From Squalus acanthias (Eukaryota), in assembly GCA_030390025.1 (NCBI GenBank), contig CM059433.1, positions 11,100,001 through 11,164,000 of the forward strand: a stretch of DNA of 64,000 bases, given 5' to 3'. Under the pieces are notes generated by a model, which saw only the letters and a list, made by a program, of their open reading frames with translations, was not told the DNA's origin and ran no database searches. How positions within the stretch are numbered: the stretch's first letter is position 1; the number at the start of each line of letters is the position of its first letter. Of the stretch, positions 22,575-34,943 are shown one piece after another. The position numbers and the translations under genes were made by a program.

Positions 22575-24568
22575 GGGCGCGATCTTGCCAGCCCTGGGGA
22601 GGCGGGTTTGGAGGCGGGACTGCTGGGAAAATGGCAGAAACTGGGAGCAGGTACCGAACCCGACCCCAACCCACCTCTGTGCCATCTTCCCGGGAGGCGG
22701 GTAGCCGACCCGCACCGGGTCCCATCTCCTGGAGGCGGGAAGGGGATTACAGCCACTTAACTGCCTGTTAACAGGTAGTTAACAGGCAGTTAAGAGGATT
22801 ATCCCCATTTTTCCAGGAGAGGCGCGGGCTTCCTGACGTCGGGAGACCCCGCCGGGGTCATCGAGGTGAGCAGTGGGTCTGCGGGGGTCGGAGGGGTGCA
22901 AAAGTGCGCTGTGGAGGTGAGTGATGGGTGCAAGTGTGGAGAGGTGAGTATGTGAGGTGAGTGGAAAGTGTTAGTAAAAGTTTCCTTACCTTTGTTTCTT
23001 CCTGCAGGCTTCAACAGTTGGGGATCCGTAGGCTCCGGCATCTCACCGGCAGAGATGACAGAATGATTGCTGCATTCTCCGATGCAACAGCCATCTGATT
23101 TCTGCTCAACAGATAGGTTTGATGAGTCTTGAATACAAGGACTCATCAAACAACAGAGAATGTCAGTGTTTGACATCTTCACAGAACTGTCAAACGATGA
23201 CAATTCATCTGTCAAAAAATTTTGACAGATGAAACGTCATACGCTGACATTCTTTGTCACCTGCTTTCCCTTAATTGGCCTGCTAAGCCCGCTTGTGAAG
23301 GAATAAGCCATATAACCTATTCAGAAAAATACACTATCTTTTGAAAGAATTCTGGCCTTATTAAAACATGACAAACTGGGTTTGGAAATCTAGAAACCTA
23401 ACTATGAAAAAGCTGTGAAAGCATTCTGGCTATAGAGATAAGATAGTTGTTGACACTGAATCAATAACCTTATGGAAACAGAAGGTTAAAGGCTCCGGCA
23501 GGCTGAACCTTTCGGAATGAAACAATGGTTCACCCTGGACAAGGTGTTCTAATTTACACTTCGTAAAGAAGCACATAAAAGTAAGAAACAGCTGCCTTCA
23601 TAAAAATGACATCAAGTAAAAAACACACCTGCCGTAACACCGTTTTTTATGGTAAACTTAGAACACCTAGAGAAGAGACATAATTCTGTAATGCTACCAG
23701 CTGAGGTGACTGTAAGAATTGTAGGGGTCAGCAGAAAAATGACTAGAGATAATTAGCTTACATCAGCAGAAAACCTTAAAGGAAATACCACTGGAAAAGG
23801 GTATAAATATTGAACTCTCAAATGGGATAACAGACTCGCTTTACAGGGGCATAGCAATTCTCAGCTTCAGAGGCAGCTCTGTAAGTCTCCAACTCTTTGT
23901 ACCTCGGGGATCAAAGGTATCTGATTTTGGTGGATATCCTGAATAGAACTTTAAGAACTGTAAAACTGTAGCGAAGTTAAGATTTAAGAGTAAGGTTCTC
24001 TGATATGAGAATTGTAAGCTTTCTCTTTTTGGAACTGTTAATGTTGCGATTGACTCACCAACTGTAAATTGCATGTCGATTCTTTAATAAATATATATAT
24101 TTTTAGAATTGTCTCACATAAGACTTCTGTACCAAACTCGCAAACTCAATCTCTGTACACTCTTTGGTGAGGAGTTGCAGAATTCTGGGATAGTTTTCTG
24201 GACCCTCATAATATCCGGAATGTTACAGTCTAGCTAAACTTATTAAAAGTGCTATCTGGAGGACAGTAACATTTTCAGGTTGTTCCTTTCCTTTAGGGAG
24301 TGATAGTCCGGACCTTTAGACCCAATTAAGCATCTTTAGGATTCGGCTACCTCAAACTTTAGTTGAAAGTGAACGTCTGAGGAATACGCCTGATCCGGGG
24401 TAGCCCTAAAGGGGCTTGGACTAGTAATTATCCCTACACGCTGGGCGGGCTTAACAAGGTCAATCAAGGGAAAATAGCGTGGGTTGACCAGAAGTCGATG
24501 GAGGCGGGACTAAAACCCGACAAGTGGGAGTCCCGCCTCCAAAAGCTCCCCATGGTAAAATCCAGCCC
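22575..24568 (+). mobile_element. Harbinger-type MITE family 2, copy 2, interrupted by a solo LTR
   Basis: Termini GGGCGCGATCTT / AAAATCCAGCCC; colinear with copy 1 once 23294-24438 and one TSD are removed. Confidence 0.85.
23294..24438 (+). mobile_element. Solo LTR (1145 bp)
   Basis: TG...CA termini, 4-bp TSD CGCT (23290-23293, 24439-24442), TATAAA at ~23803, AATAAA at ~24085. Confidence 0.88.
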
Positions 24569-25609
24569 TAAGTTTTCCTGGATCCCAACCGGATTTTGCA
24601 CATCCTGTGCTCAACTTACAATGCAGGACGGCCATTGGGGCCAAGGAGTTTTGCCCTTCAATATGTACTATTTCACCTTGCACACGCCAAATGCAAGTGT
24701 CTGTTATATGCAATTTTCTGTAACAACAACGGCGAGACGTGCGGGCTACAGCAGTAACTTTCTGACTGCGTGCTCCCGGCAGTGAACCCTCCCCGCCAAG
24801 TGTGCATGTTAGAAACCCTGGTGTGTACGTGCACAGCTATCTGACCATTTAAAATAATGGTTGCAAAATCGTGCACGGCGCTCACTGGAATTCCTGCCAC
24901 GTGCACTTGGCAGCAAGGCTCCCCACTGGGAGCGCAAGGTCAGAAAATGACCTCTTAGATGTGGGGCATGGTCTGCAGTAAATGAAAATTTGCAGTGTGC
25001 ATGGTCAACGTCAATAGTAAATGTCAATATTAAAAGAGCATTTCCTAACATATCGGCTCACGGATGCTAAAATGTCATTCTAGTGGTTTAGAAGCACATC
25101 CCAGGTATAATTCGGCAGTGCCTTTTTTTTTAATATGGTGACTGTTACATTTGTAAGAAAAGTTTAAAAGTTAAACCACCGCTCTCCTGAGACTGCTAGA
25201 CCTGCACCTCCTGAGCACAGTAACAGGACGGAACAACTTGCATGAGGTCATTCTACCTGTCACGCTGTGATACAGAGTGCATTGAGGATAAGTTTTATCA
25301 CCGCATTATTACAGTGTAGAGAATAAAGAAGACTTGCCAATATGTAACTATGAAATATTTATGATAGAAATGGATTTCACTAAATAAAAGACTTTTTAGA
25401 TGAAGTAAGAACTTATCAAATTAATATTAATAGAAATTAGAAAGACGAATATCATCCAATGTTGATCTAGGTTTTGGATACTTTTAGCAGAGCTATGGGA
25501 AAGTATGTTTTTTTTATATATTCCCATGGAGTCATCTTATAATTAAACTTTTTTCACATACAGACAGAAGCAAAAGATTTTAGAAAAAGTATTGTACTGC
25601 CTTCATCCC

Positions 25610-26010
25610 ACCCGTTGACTTTTTCCCTCTGTCTTCTCCTCTCCCAAGGGTCCCAAGTCATTCTGGTGTACGGTTCCATAGGTACCAGCATCCCTTTGTC
25701 ACCTTTTTGAAGTAGACCTTCTCCTTGTGCGAGTCTAGCTAGCGAATATTTGCAGGCTATTCAGCCGTTTCTGTCCTCACTCAATATCCACATGCGTAAG
25801 CATCCAGCAGGGGTTTGCTGGTCGGTGACCAGAGGTGCAAATCCTGGCTGAAGTCCTTCATCCCTCTCCCTCCCCCGTCCACCTCAAGCATGGACATTGA
25901 GCTCGATTGTGCAGCCTTACCTATCCCCAGCCTCAGGCTGATTACTTAGTGCATCTAGTTTGTATGGTTCAGAACCAGACCACACAATTCACTTACCTAC
26001 AGTGCACTTA
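25610..26010 (-). mobile_element. Old unclassified SINE, diverged copy
   Basis: Colinear similarity with 8920-9905 (ttctgtcctcactca..., cctggctga...). Confidence 0.5.
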
Positions 26011-28630
26011 CCTACTGTCTACATCTGGACCAAGCTTTAGCTCACCTGTCCTACTGTCTACATCTGGACCAAGCTTTAGCTCACCTGTCCTACTGTCTAC
26101 ATCTGGAGCAAGCTTTAGCTCACCTGTCCTACTGTCTACATCTGGACCAAGCTTTAGCTCACCTGTCCTACTGTCTACATCTGGACCAAGCTTTAGCTCA
26201 CCTGTCCTACGGTCCACATCTGGACCAAGCTTTAGCTCACCTGTCCTACTGTCTACATCTGGACCAAGCTTTAGCTCACCTGTCCTACTGTCCACATCTG
26301 GACCAAGCTTTAGCTCACCTGTCCTACTGTCTACATCTGGACCAAGCTTTAGCTCACCTGTCCTACTGTCTACATCTGGACCAAGCTTTAGCTCACCTGT
26401 CCTACTGTCTACATCTGGACCAAGCTTTAGCTCACCTGTCCTACTGTCTACATCTGGACCAAGCTTTAGCTCACCTGTCCTACTGTCCACATCTGGACCA
26501 AGCTTTAGCTCACCTGTCCTACTGTCCACATCTGGACCAAGCTTTAGCTCACCTGTCCTACTGTCCACATCTGGACCAAGCTTTAGCTCACCTGTCCTAC
26601 TGTCTACATCTGGACCAAGCTTTAGCTCACCTGTCCTACTGTCTACATCTGGACCAAGCTTTAGCTCACCTGTCCTACTGTCTACATCTGGACCAAGCTT
26701 TAGCTCAACTGTCCTACTGTCCACATCTGGACCAAGCTTTAGCTCACCTGTCCTACTGTCTACATCTGGACCAAGCTTTAGCTCACCTGTCCTACTGTCC
26801 ACATCTGGACCAAGCTTTAGCTCACCTGTCCTACTGTCTATATCTGGACCAAGCTTTAGCTCACCTGTCCTACTGTCCACATCTGGACCAAGCTTTAGCT
26901 CACCTGTCCTACTGTCCACATCTGGACCAAGCTTTAGCTCACCTGTCCTACTGTCCACATCTGGACCAAGCTTTAGCTCACCTGTCCTACTGTCCACATC
27001 TGGACCAAGCTTTAGCTCACCTGTCCTACTGTCCACATCTGGACCAAGCTTTAGCTCACCTGTCCTACTGTCTATATCTGGACCAAGCTTTAGCTCACCT
27101 GTCCTACTGTCTACATCTGGACCAAGCTTTAGCTCACCTGTCCTACTGTCTACATCTGGACCAAGCTTTAGCTCACCTGTCCTACTGTCTACATCTGGAC
27201 CAAGCTTTAGCTCACTTGTCCTACTGTCTACATCTGGACCAAGCTTTAGCTCACCTGTCCTACTGTCTACATCTGGACCAAGCTTTAGCTCACCTGTCCT
27301 ACTGTCTACATCTGGACCAAGCTTTAGCTCACCTGTCCTACTGTCTACATCTGGACCAAGCTTTAGCTCACCTGTCCTACTGTCTAAATCTGGACCAAGC
27401 TTTAGCTCACCTGTCCTACTGTCTACATCTGGACCAAGCTTTAGCTCACCTGTCCTACTGTCCACATCTGGACCAAGCTTTAGCTCACCTGTCCTACTGT
27501 CCACATCTGGACCAAGCTTTAGCTCACCTGTCCTACTGTCTATATCTGGACCAAGCTTTAGCTCACCTGTCCTACTGTCTACATCTGGACCAAGCTTTAG
27601 CTCACCTGTCCTACTGTCTACATCTGGACCAAGCTTTAGCTCACCTGTCCTACTGTCTACATCTGGACCAAGCTTTAGCTCACCTGTCCTACTGTCTACA
27701 TCTGGACCAAGCTTTAGCTCACTTGTCCTACTGTCTACATCTGGACCAAGCTTTAGCTCACTTGTCCTACTGTCTACATCTGGACCAAGCTTTAGCTCAC
27801 CTGTCCTACTGTCTACATCTGGACCAAGCTTTAGCTCACCTGTCCTACTGTCTACATCTGGACCAAGCTTTAGCTCACCTGTCCTACTGTCTACATCTGG
27901 ACCAAGCTTTAGCTCACCTGTCCTACTGTCTACATCTGGACCAAGCTTTAGCTCACCTGTCCTACTGTCCACATCTGGACCAAGCTTTAGCTCACCTGTC
28001 CTACTGTCCACATCTGGACCAAGCTTTAGCTCACCTGTCCTACTGTCTACATCTGGACCAAGCTTTAGCTCACCTGTCCTACTGTCTACATCTGGACCAA
28101 GCTTTAGCTCACCTGTCCTACTGTCTACATCTGGACCAAGCTTTAGCTCACCTGTCCTACTGTCTACATCTGGACCAAGCTTTAGCTCACTTGTCCTACT
28201 GTCTACATCTGGACCAAGCTTTAGCTCACCTGTCCTACTGTCCACATCTGGACCAAGCTTTAGCTCACCTGTCCTACTGTCTACATCTGGACCAAGCTTT
28301 AGCTCACCTGTCCTACTGTCTACATCTGGACCAAGCTTTAGCTCACCTGTCCTACTGTCTATATCTGGACCAAGCTTTAGCTCACCTGTCCTACTGTCTA
28401 CATCTGGACCAAGCTTTAGCTCACCTGTCCTACTGTCTACATCTGGACCAAGCTTTAGCTCACCTGTCCTACTGTCTACATCTGGACCAAGCTTTAGCTC
28501 ACCTGTCCTACTGTCTATATCTGGACCAAGCTTTAGCTCACCTGTCCTACTGTCCACATCTGGACCAAGCTTTAGCTCACCTGTCCTACTGTCTATATCT
28601 GGACCAAGCTTTAGCTCACCTGTCCTACTG
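26011..28630. repeat. 39-bp minisatellite, ~67 copies (CCTACTGTCTACATCTGGACCAAGCTTTAGCTCACCTGT)
   Basis: 2620 bp = 67 x 39 + 7; only point variants (tctac/tccac/tctat etc.), no indels; one HindIII site per unit. Confidence 0.99.
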
Positions 28631-28740
28631 CCTCCTTCTTGGGCTCAGAGACCATTTTTTTCTGATTACTCTCCTGTGAAGCTCCTTGGGCAATTTTTAA
28701 CCCTTTAAAGGCCCTACTTAAATGCAAGTTGTTGTTGTTG
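28601..28740 (+). mobile_element. Diverged L2 3' tail continuous with the last minisatellite unit
   Basis: gaccaagctt...tcacctgtcct...ctcctgtgaagctccttggg...taaagg...aaatgcaagttgttgttgtt aligns with 50161-50300. Confidence 0.8.
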
Positions 28741-28752
28741 GTTCAGACGGAT

Positions 28753-29596
28753 GGGCTGGATTTTGATACTGGGGACGGGATGGAGGCGGGACTCCCACTT
28801 TTTGGGTTGTAGTCCCACCTCCATTGACTTGTGGCCAACCCATTGTATTTTCACTTGATTGACCTTGTTGAGCCCGCCCAGCGGGCTCAGTAGGCCAATT
28901 AAGGGCCACCCGGCAACAGGTGACGTCACAGATTGACATTTCATCTGTCAAGAGCTTTTGACAGATGAAATATCAGCGTTTGACAGCTCTGTGAAGCTGT
29001 CAAACACTGACAATCTGTACTCTAAGTTAATTCCTTCCTCTCAGGCTGATTTAGAGATCTCTGCAGAACAAAAAGCAGAGGCTGCAGCCTCTGACAGCTC
29101 AACGGCCATTCTGCTTTCTGTGCCGGTGAGATTTCTGACTTCGAGACCTGAAGGGCTGACACCTGCAGGAGGAAGTTAAGGTAAGTAAAACTTTTTTCCA
29201 CACTTTACACTTACCTTACACACTTACCTCTGCACACATGCACCCATCACTCACCTGCCCACCGGACATATCGACCCCTCCAACCCCTGCAGACCCACGG
29301 TCCGCCTCGCTGAAACGGCGTGGTTGGGACGTGTCGGAGATCGCACATTTCAGGCATAAAAATAGGGATTAGGCAAAAAACTGCCTGTTAACTACCTGTT
29401 AACAGGCAGTTTATTGCCACTAATCCCCTTCCTACCTCGGGGAGGCGGGTCCCAGCACAGGTCGGGTACCCGCCTCCTGTGAAACTGGCATGGAGGCGGG
29501 TTGGGGGTGGGATGGGGTCGGGACCCCCCGATTCAGCTATTTTCAATCCAGTCCCGCCTCCAAACCCGCCTCCACGGCTCAATGAAAATTCTGCCC
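28753..29596 (-). mobile_element. Harbinger-type MITE family 2, copy 3 (inverted)
   Basis: TIR GGGCTGGATTTT / AAAATTCTGCCC; reverse-complement colinear with 11955-12749. Confidence 0.87.
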
Positions 29597-31277
29597 ATAA
29601 TCTTCCTGTATTGGATCAACTACCTTGCACAAAAGGAGAGCTCGGCAGTGCTTACCTTGTACTGGGCGCCATCACTGGTGGGGAATTGCTGTGGCCCAAT
29701 TCATCAAAAGTGTATAAGGACACGCCGAAAAATGTTCACATTTTTCCTAGCTTCCCTCATTTGTTGAGTATTCCCGATGCCACAAATTTCAATCAAGGCA
29801 CCAGTGAAGACCTGCAGTACTAAAGCAGCCAGAAACAATGGGCTTCCTTCATGCTGCAGGTAGTGGTCGATGATTAGTTACTGTATGTATATCTTATGAC
29901 CACATAATTAAAAATATTAATATGTCATGCATATATCTAAATATGTATATCCCCTCCTCCTGACAGATGCTACAGCATGAGCTGTCATATTTTTCACTCG
30001 GCGCATGTTAACTTGGTTCTTTGCCAGTTCGGATTGTTTTTCCAGGTACATGTCTGACTTAAAGTAAAACTCCTTGGTCAGGGGTTCTTTTTTCACCACC
30101 TTTCTTCTGGCCCAAGTCAATAAAATGTGTTCTTTTTCATGCGACATCCCAGGATGGAGAGCTGAGGGGAATCACTTCCACTCTGCTTCCTTGATGATAT
30201 GGATTATTGTTTATTCATGAAGTGGCCATTGCCTGGAAGAATCTTTTAAGCCCCTTGCGCAGTGCAAAGGAGGTGGTGAACGTCGCCTTTGGGAAATGAA
30301 AATCACAATTGCAGAGGCTGTTAGAAATATATTTTAATCTGCCTTATGTTTAAGCAGCATTCGGTGGCTGTGAGTGTCCTGCATAATATTTGTGAGCAGT
30401 AGGAAGACCTTTTCAGGTTAACAAGTCTATAGAACTCAGAAAGAGCATATATATCCATGGCTTCTTCATAAGCTAGCATGAGCACGTGATCGACATCAAG
30501 GTAGCTATAGCAATTATCCCCTAAACATGACCAATAAGTATTCCAGTGCATTATTTTGTTCCCTGTTGCTGTTTTATGTCTGTCTACTAAGGCTTATGGA
30601 TCATTCCAGCAGCTACTGAGAACGATAGTTTACCCTCACCGGCCAGAAATATCTACCATAACTTAATTTCTTTTGTAAATTAAAACACACACTCACCAAT
30701 CATTCATATTACACTAATAAACTCATTCCAAATAACGGATGGAAATTACCCCTCTGTTGCTGGTTTGAACAAATTAAAAATGCAAGTCTGCTTATGGCCA
30801 TCAGAAAGTCATCAAAACATGCACCTTTAATTAAACAATTCAGACTGAATGTCATGGATTAGTGGTTAGTTATACCTGTTTATAATGGACATTACATTGG
30901 CTGCATGCCTACAATATCTTTGGCTTTACGACAGCAAATTCAATAAAACCTAAGCTTTTGCCTGACTAAGATACAAATCTCGACTATGTATATTCTTTAT
31001 CTCAAAGGCTTTCTTCAACGGTTGCACAGGTGCACCGAAGACAGTATTTTTTGAAGGCCCTGATCGGGTGCTTGGAATACTACGATGATGTCCGAGGCTG
31101 GAAGAGAAGCCTGTTGCCCTGCATTGCCGATCGGCCTTGAGCGTGATGGTGAGATTCTCCTCCGGCCCTCGACTCAGGTCATACGCAACGTACTAACATT
31201 GCTGGAGACACATGGGGGCCAATTCCACCAGTTGGGCGCATTGGTAGTGCTGATGCCCAGCAGACTAGTGGGGGATT

Positions 31278-31348
31278 AGGGATATAGAAACAGGAGCAAG
31301 CCATTCAGCCCCTCAAGCCTGTTCTGCCAGTCAATGAGATCATGGTTG
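31278..31348 (-). mobile_element. CR1 3' tail fragment
   Basis: aggagcaagccattcagcccctcaagcctgttctgcca...gatcatgg. Confidence 0.65.
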
Positions 31349-32019
31349 GAGAGCCAGTGAGCAGCAAGCCTCCTCAAGGTCTGCACCTCACCCATTTTGT
31401 TGCAGGTGCAAATTCACTTCCAAGTCCTGATTTCAGCACAGAAGCTAGCAAATGTTTCATCACTCGTAAAGTAATCAGTGTATAGTAGCATTGTTTTATT
31501 TTGCAGATTTCTACACATATACATATATATGTTTGGCCCAAGGGAGGGTGCGTGTTATTAGGTCCCCCCCCCACCACCATCCAGAAAGTGGTGGATCGTG
31601 GCCGCCGTTAAACCCTGCGTCAGGGAGCAGCTTTATGATTTTTTCTAAGTTGCTATTTGATCCTTGGGATTTCACTGGGGCCTGGATAACCATTACACTC
31701 CTTCCTCCCACATGGGAAATCTACAGTAATAGCAGCTAACAGATTTCAGGCAGCACAATATTACACTTGAAGGAGTTATTAGCTTAAATGTTTATTATTG
31801 CAATCAGTGACATTTTAAAATTATGGTTGGAAGTGTCAGGTCTTGTCTGAGTTGTTTGCGATGCTTATTCTTGGACCAACCTAGCACTGGCTTTTGTAGG
31901 GCATGAATTCCCTGCTCGTCCACCATAACTTCAGCAGGAGTGCCACAGAAACCCCGGAAAAATGATGTAAGCGCCACTTCCAAATATGACTATCGGACAC
32001 TGGATCTGGGGGCAAATTA

Positions 32020-32580
32020 AGCAGCAGCACAGTACTCTGACCCCCTGTTTGATGACTGATGCGATGGTTCTGTTGCTTGAGGTGGGTATGAGGAGGATTT
32101 CTGTGTTTGACACTCCAGGGCATCCTCCCCAAAGGATAGCATTGCAGCATGGTTGGCAGGAGGAGGTGATCGCACTCAACAATGTGTACACTACCCACAC
32201 ATGTCCAGGGACCTAATACGAAGAAGGTGACACACCTTAAGGAGCTGGCAAGGTCAGAACACCCAACAGTACAATTTATGAGGCAGATGGCACAAAGTGT
32301 TGCTGTCAACCTGTTCCACATTTACTGCTGGTCGATGCCAAGCCCTCACACAATCTTTCGTTGCTTACCCATGTATATGCATACTCCGGCATGGCATACA
32401 TTCAAGCTGCAACTTACAACTGAAAACATTACCACACTCATCTCTTTTAAAAGGTTTACACAGGGAATATACCTGAACTGGAAGATTGCTCAAAAATTGC
32501 AAGCCCTAGATTCCGTCAGAGGAGGCCACCCTGGGTATTCTTACATGGAGGGGATAGGGGAATATATAGTGGAAGACCTC
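32020..32580 (+). pseudogene. Strongly decayed Harbinger Myb/SANT-like gene remnant
   Basis: TPCLMTDAMVLLLEVGMRRISVF...PP...W QEEVIALN...KKVTHLKELAR|gt and a later KIAQK...RGGHP parallel exons 1-2 of elements A and B. Confidence 0.4.
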
Positions 32581-32844
32581 CCCAAACCTCAGGTCTGGCA
32601 CCATCCAGCTCATATGTCTGGTTTCCCTTCATACTCACTCCCATATCTATAGCTGGTATCTTGTGATGTGAGCTCTGTTCAATCAAACAATTGTGCCTTT
32701 TGTGTCATTGAAGGCCAGTCCAGAATAACCCAGCGTCTCACAGTACCCTACATCCTTCTCATCAATGTTTGCAAGAAACAGCACAGTTAAACATACCCCT
32801 GGGGATAGAGTTAGTGCTCCTGAGGAGACAGCATCAGCTACATC

Positions 32845-33167
32845 ATTACATAAATTTAAAACAGAAATAGACAGTTTCCTAGAAGTAAAGGGAATTAAGG
32901 GTTACGGGGAGCGGGCAGGAATTTGGACATGAGTCTAGGTTTGGATCGGTCATGGCCCTGTGGGTAGCGTAGCGGGCCCAGGGGCCGTGTAGCCTGATCC
33001 TGCTCCTATTTCGTGTGTCCAATTCTGTTAGGTTCAGGAGATGGTTCTGTGATAGTAGATTGGCGGTTAGGATCAGATCAGCCATGATCTTATTGAATGG
33101 CGGAGCAGGCTCGAGGGGCCAATTGGCCTACTCCTGCTCCTATTTCTTATGTTCTTATGTTCTTATG
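32845..33167 (+). mobile_element. CR1 3' end with duplicated UTR
   Basis: KFKTEIDSFLEVKGI.GYGERAGIWT* identical in type to 38648-39696. Confidence 0.88.
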
Positions 33168-34640
33168 CACAGGCAAGACGGAGCAAGTAGCAGTGATAGA
33201 GGAGAAGCGGGAACCAGCTCCCCAGAGGGCCACAAGGCTTCCATCAATGCTCCCCTGTACTTTCTGAAATGCAACAGTGTCGGGGATTGGGCGGTCAGAG
33301 CAGACACTTGTCGCATTCAGAGGGAAAAATCAATTTAAATTCTGGCCATGTTTTTTTGACACATCAATTATCTGTTTGATACATGTGTGGACAGCACATT
33401 GACTGACACTGCAGCTGATCCCTGTGCTAACTTGAAAAGAGGAGCGGGCAGAAAAATGTTTTCGCGAACCTGACTGGAACATAGAGGTCTTGTTATTCTC
33501 TGAACTCCTGTGAATGTGTGTATTGGAAAAGCTCCTTTTCTCATGCACCCTTCATTTTACGTTTTCTGTTGTTGTAAATGCTTCACTTACCGTTGTCTTT
33601 CTGGTGACTTTGCAGATAATGGGTGTAAAATAGCGCACACTTAGAAATGGAGCGAGAAAGAGGCCTACGACTGACTTGCCTGATCATCTGATCCACACCA
33701 GTGCAACTGGCAAAGGGGATGAGAAAGTTTCCCTTATTGCTGTCTTCCGTCACTGTCCCTCTCCAACACTGTTCCTCCCACTCTGCGTGAGCTCAATCCT
33801 CTTCTTCTCTGATGTTGTTCATTAACTTTGTGCATTTCCTCATCTCTATTCGCACCTGCTTTAATATTTGACTTCTTTCATATCTCAGTTTCTTTTTTAT
33901 TCAGTTGTTATCTTGCCCCGCTCTCCGTTTTCATTCTCTCAGCCAACACTGACAGTTATTTACATACCTCACTACCACAGCAACCACCCCATGTGACCTC
34001 AGTGGCTTTATTCGTTCTCCGCTATAGAACAAGTTTTTTTAAAAAGAACGCAATTTTCATTCATTTAAAAAAGTCACAAAGAGAACAATGATTGCATCAG
34101 GTACAATGTGCGGACCCAATAAGATATAATGCACTCCTGACTTTGTCGTTCGTGTTAATACAATTGGTTCTACATTTCCTGACATTTATATTGTGCCAGG
34201 TCTGTGTCATTTTAGGTGTGTGTGCCTGGTGGAGTGGCAGCTGAAATAAGAATAGCATATGCTGCATATATGTTGCTATATTACCTCAAGTCTATCGGGT
34301 GCTTTGAAAAAGGTCGCCAACAGTAGCAATTCAAGAGATTAGGGGACAGATTTCCCTCTGTTGTACTTCCATGTAAATAATTGCTTGGGCGAAGCACATA
34401 ATGGAAAATTGGGTAAGGAGGATTGCACATTCTATCGAATCCTGTCAGCCATTGTCCCTCCTTTAAGGTGCTGCACCTGCACTTTTAACCTCCTGCCCAG
34501 GATTCCCCACTCTCCCTGACCCCCTCCTACCCCACCCCACCACCGGCTCTCCCCCCACTGCTTCCATGCTCCCAGTGCTCTGCCCAACTGGTGTTAGGAG
34601 TGTGGCACCAGAACACCAAAGGTCATCTCCACATGCAAAT

Positions 34641-34740
34641 TAATATGAGAAGTCGCACAACACCAGGTTATAGTCCAACAGATTTATTTAAAATTACAAG
34701 CTTTCAGAGCTATCCTGCCCCTTCTTCAGGTAAAGTTACA
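34641..34740 (-). mobile_element. Penelope-like terminal fragment, second family
   Basis: Minus strand: hammerhead followed by aataaatctgttggactataacctggtgttgtg, a PLE-type tail. Confidence 0.6.
34694..34733 (-). ncRNA. Minimal type-I hammerhead ribozyme motif
   Basis: UUAC-CUGAAGA-A-GGGGC(AGGAUA)GCUCU-GAAAG-CUU-GUAA: stem I UUAC/GUAA, stem II with two G-U pairs, palindromic AAGCUU helix III. Confidence 0.7.
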
Positions 34741-34943
34741 CTGAGTGAATCTACAAAAGTTCACAATATAAACACAGATACTACAGAGATACAATCTTTC
34801 CTTACATCAAAGACACACCAAGAGCACAGCCAAGACAATGAGATGTGTCCCAGGGGGTCCAACGTGTCAAATCCTGCTGTCTGTAGCCGATCTCTCTCCA
34901 TTATTAATATAGCAAATTAATATAGCAGCGGAAGCAGTAATAT

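Noticed and set aside
26011..28630. CRISPR array
   Set aside because: Head-to-tail repeats with no unique spacers, no cas genes, eukaryotic context
25907..28708. 933-aa, 849-aa and 487-aa ORFs as real genes (mucin-like or repeat proteins)
   Set aside because: They lie entirely within a 39-bp tandem array derived from an L2 tail. Open frames follow from the 13-codon period. No supported start, signal peptide or splice context.
29917..30147. 76-aa minus-strand ORF as a host exon
   Set aside because: No recognisable domain, upstream in-frame stop, no consistent splice sites
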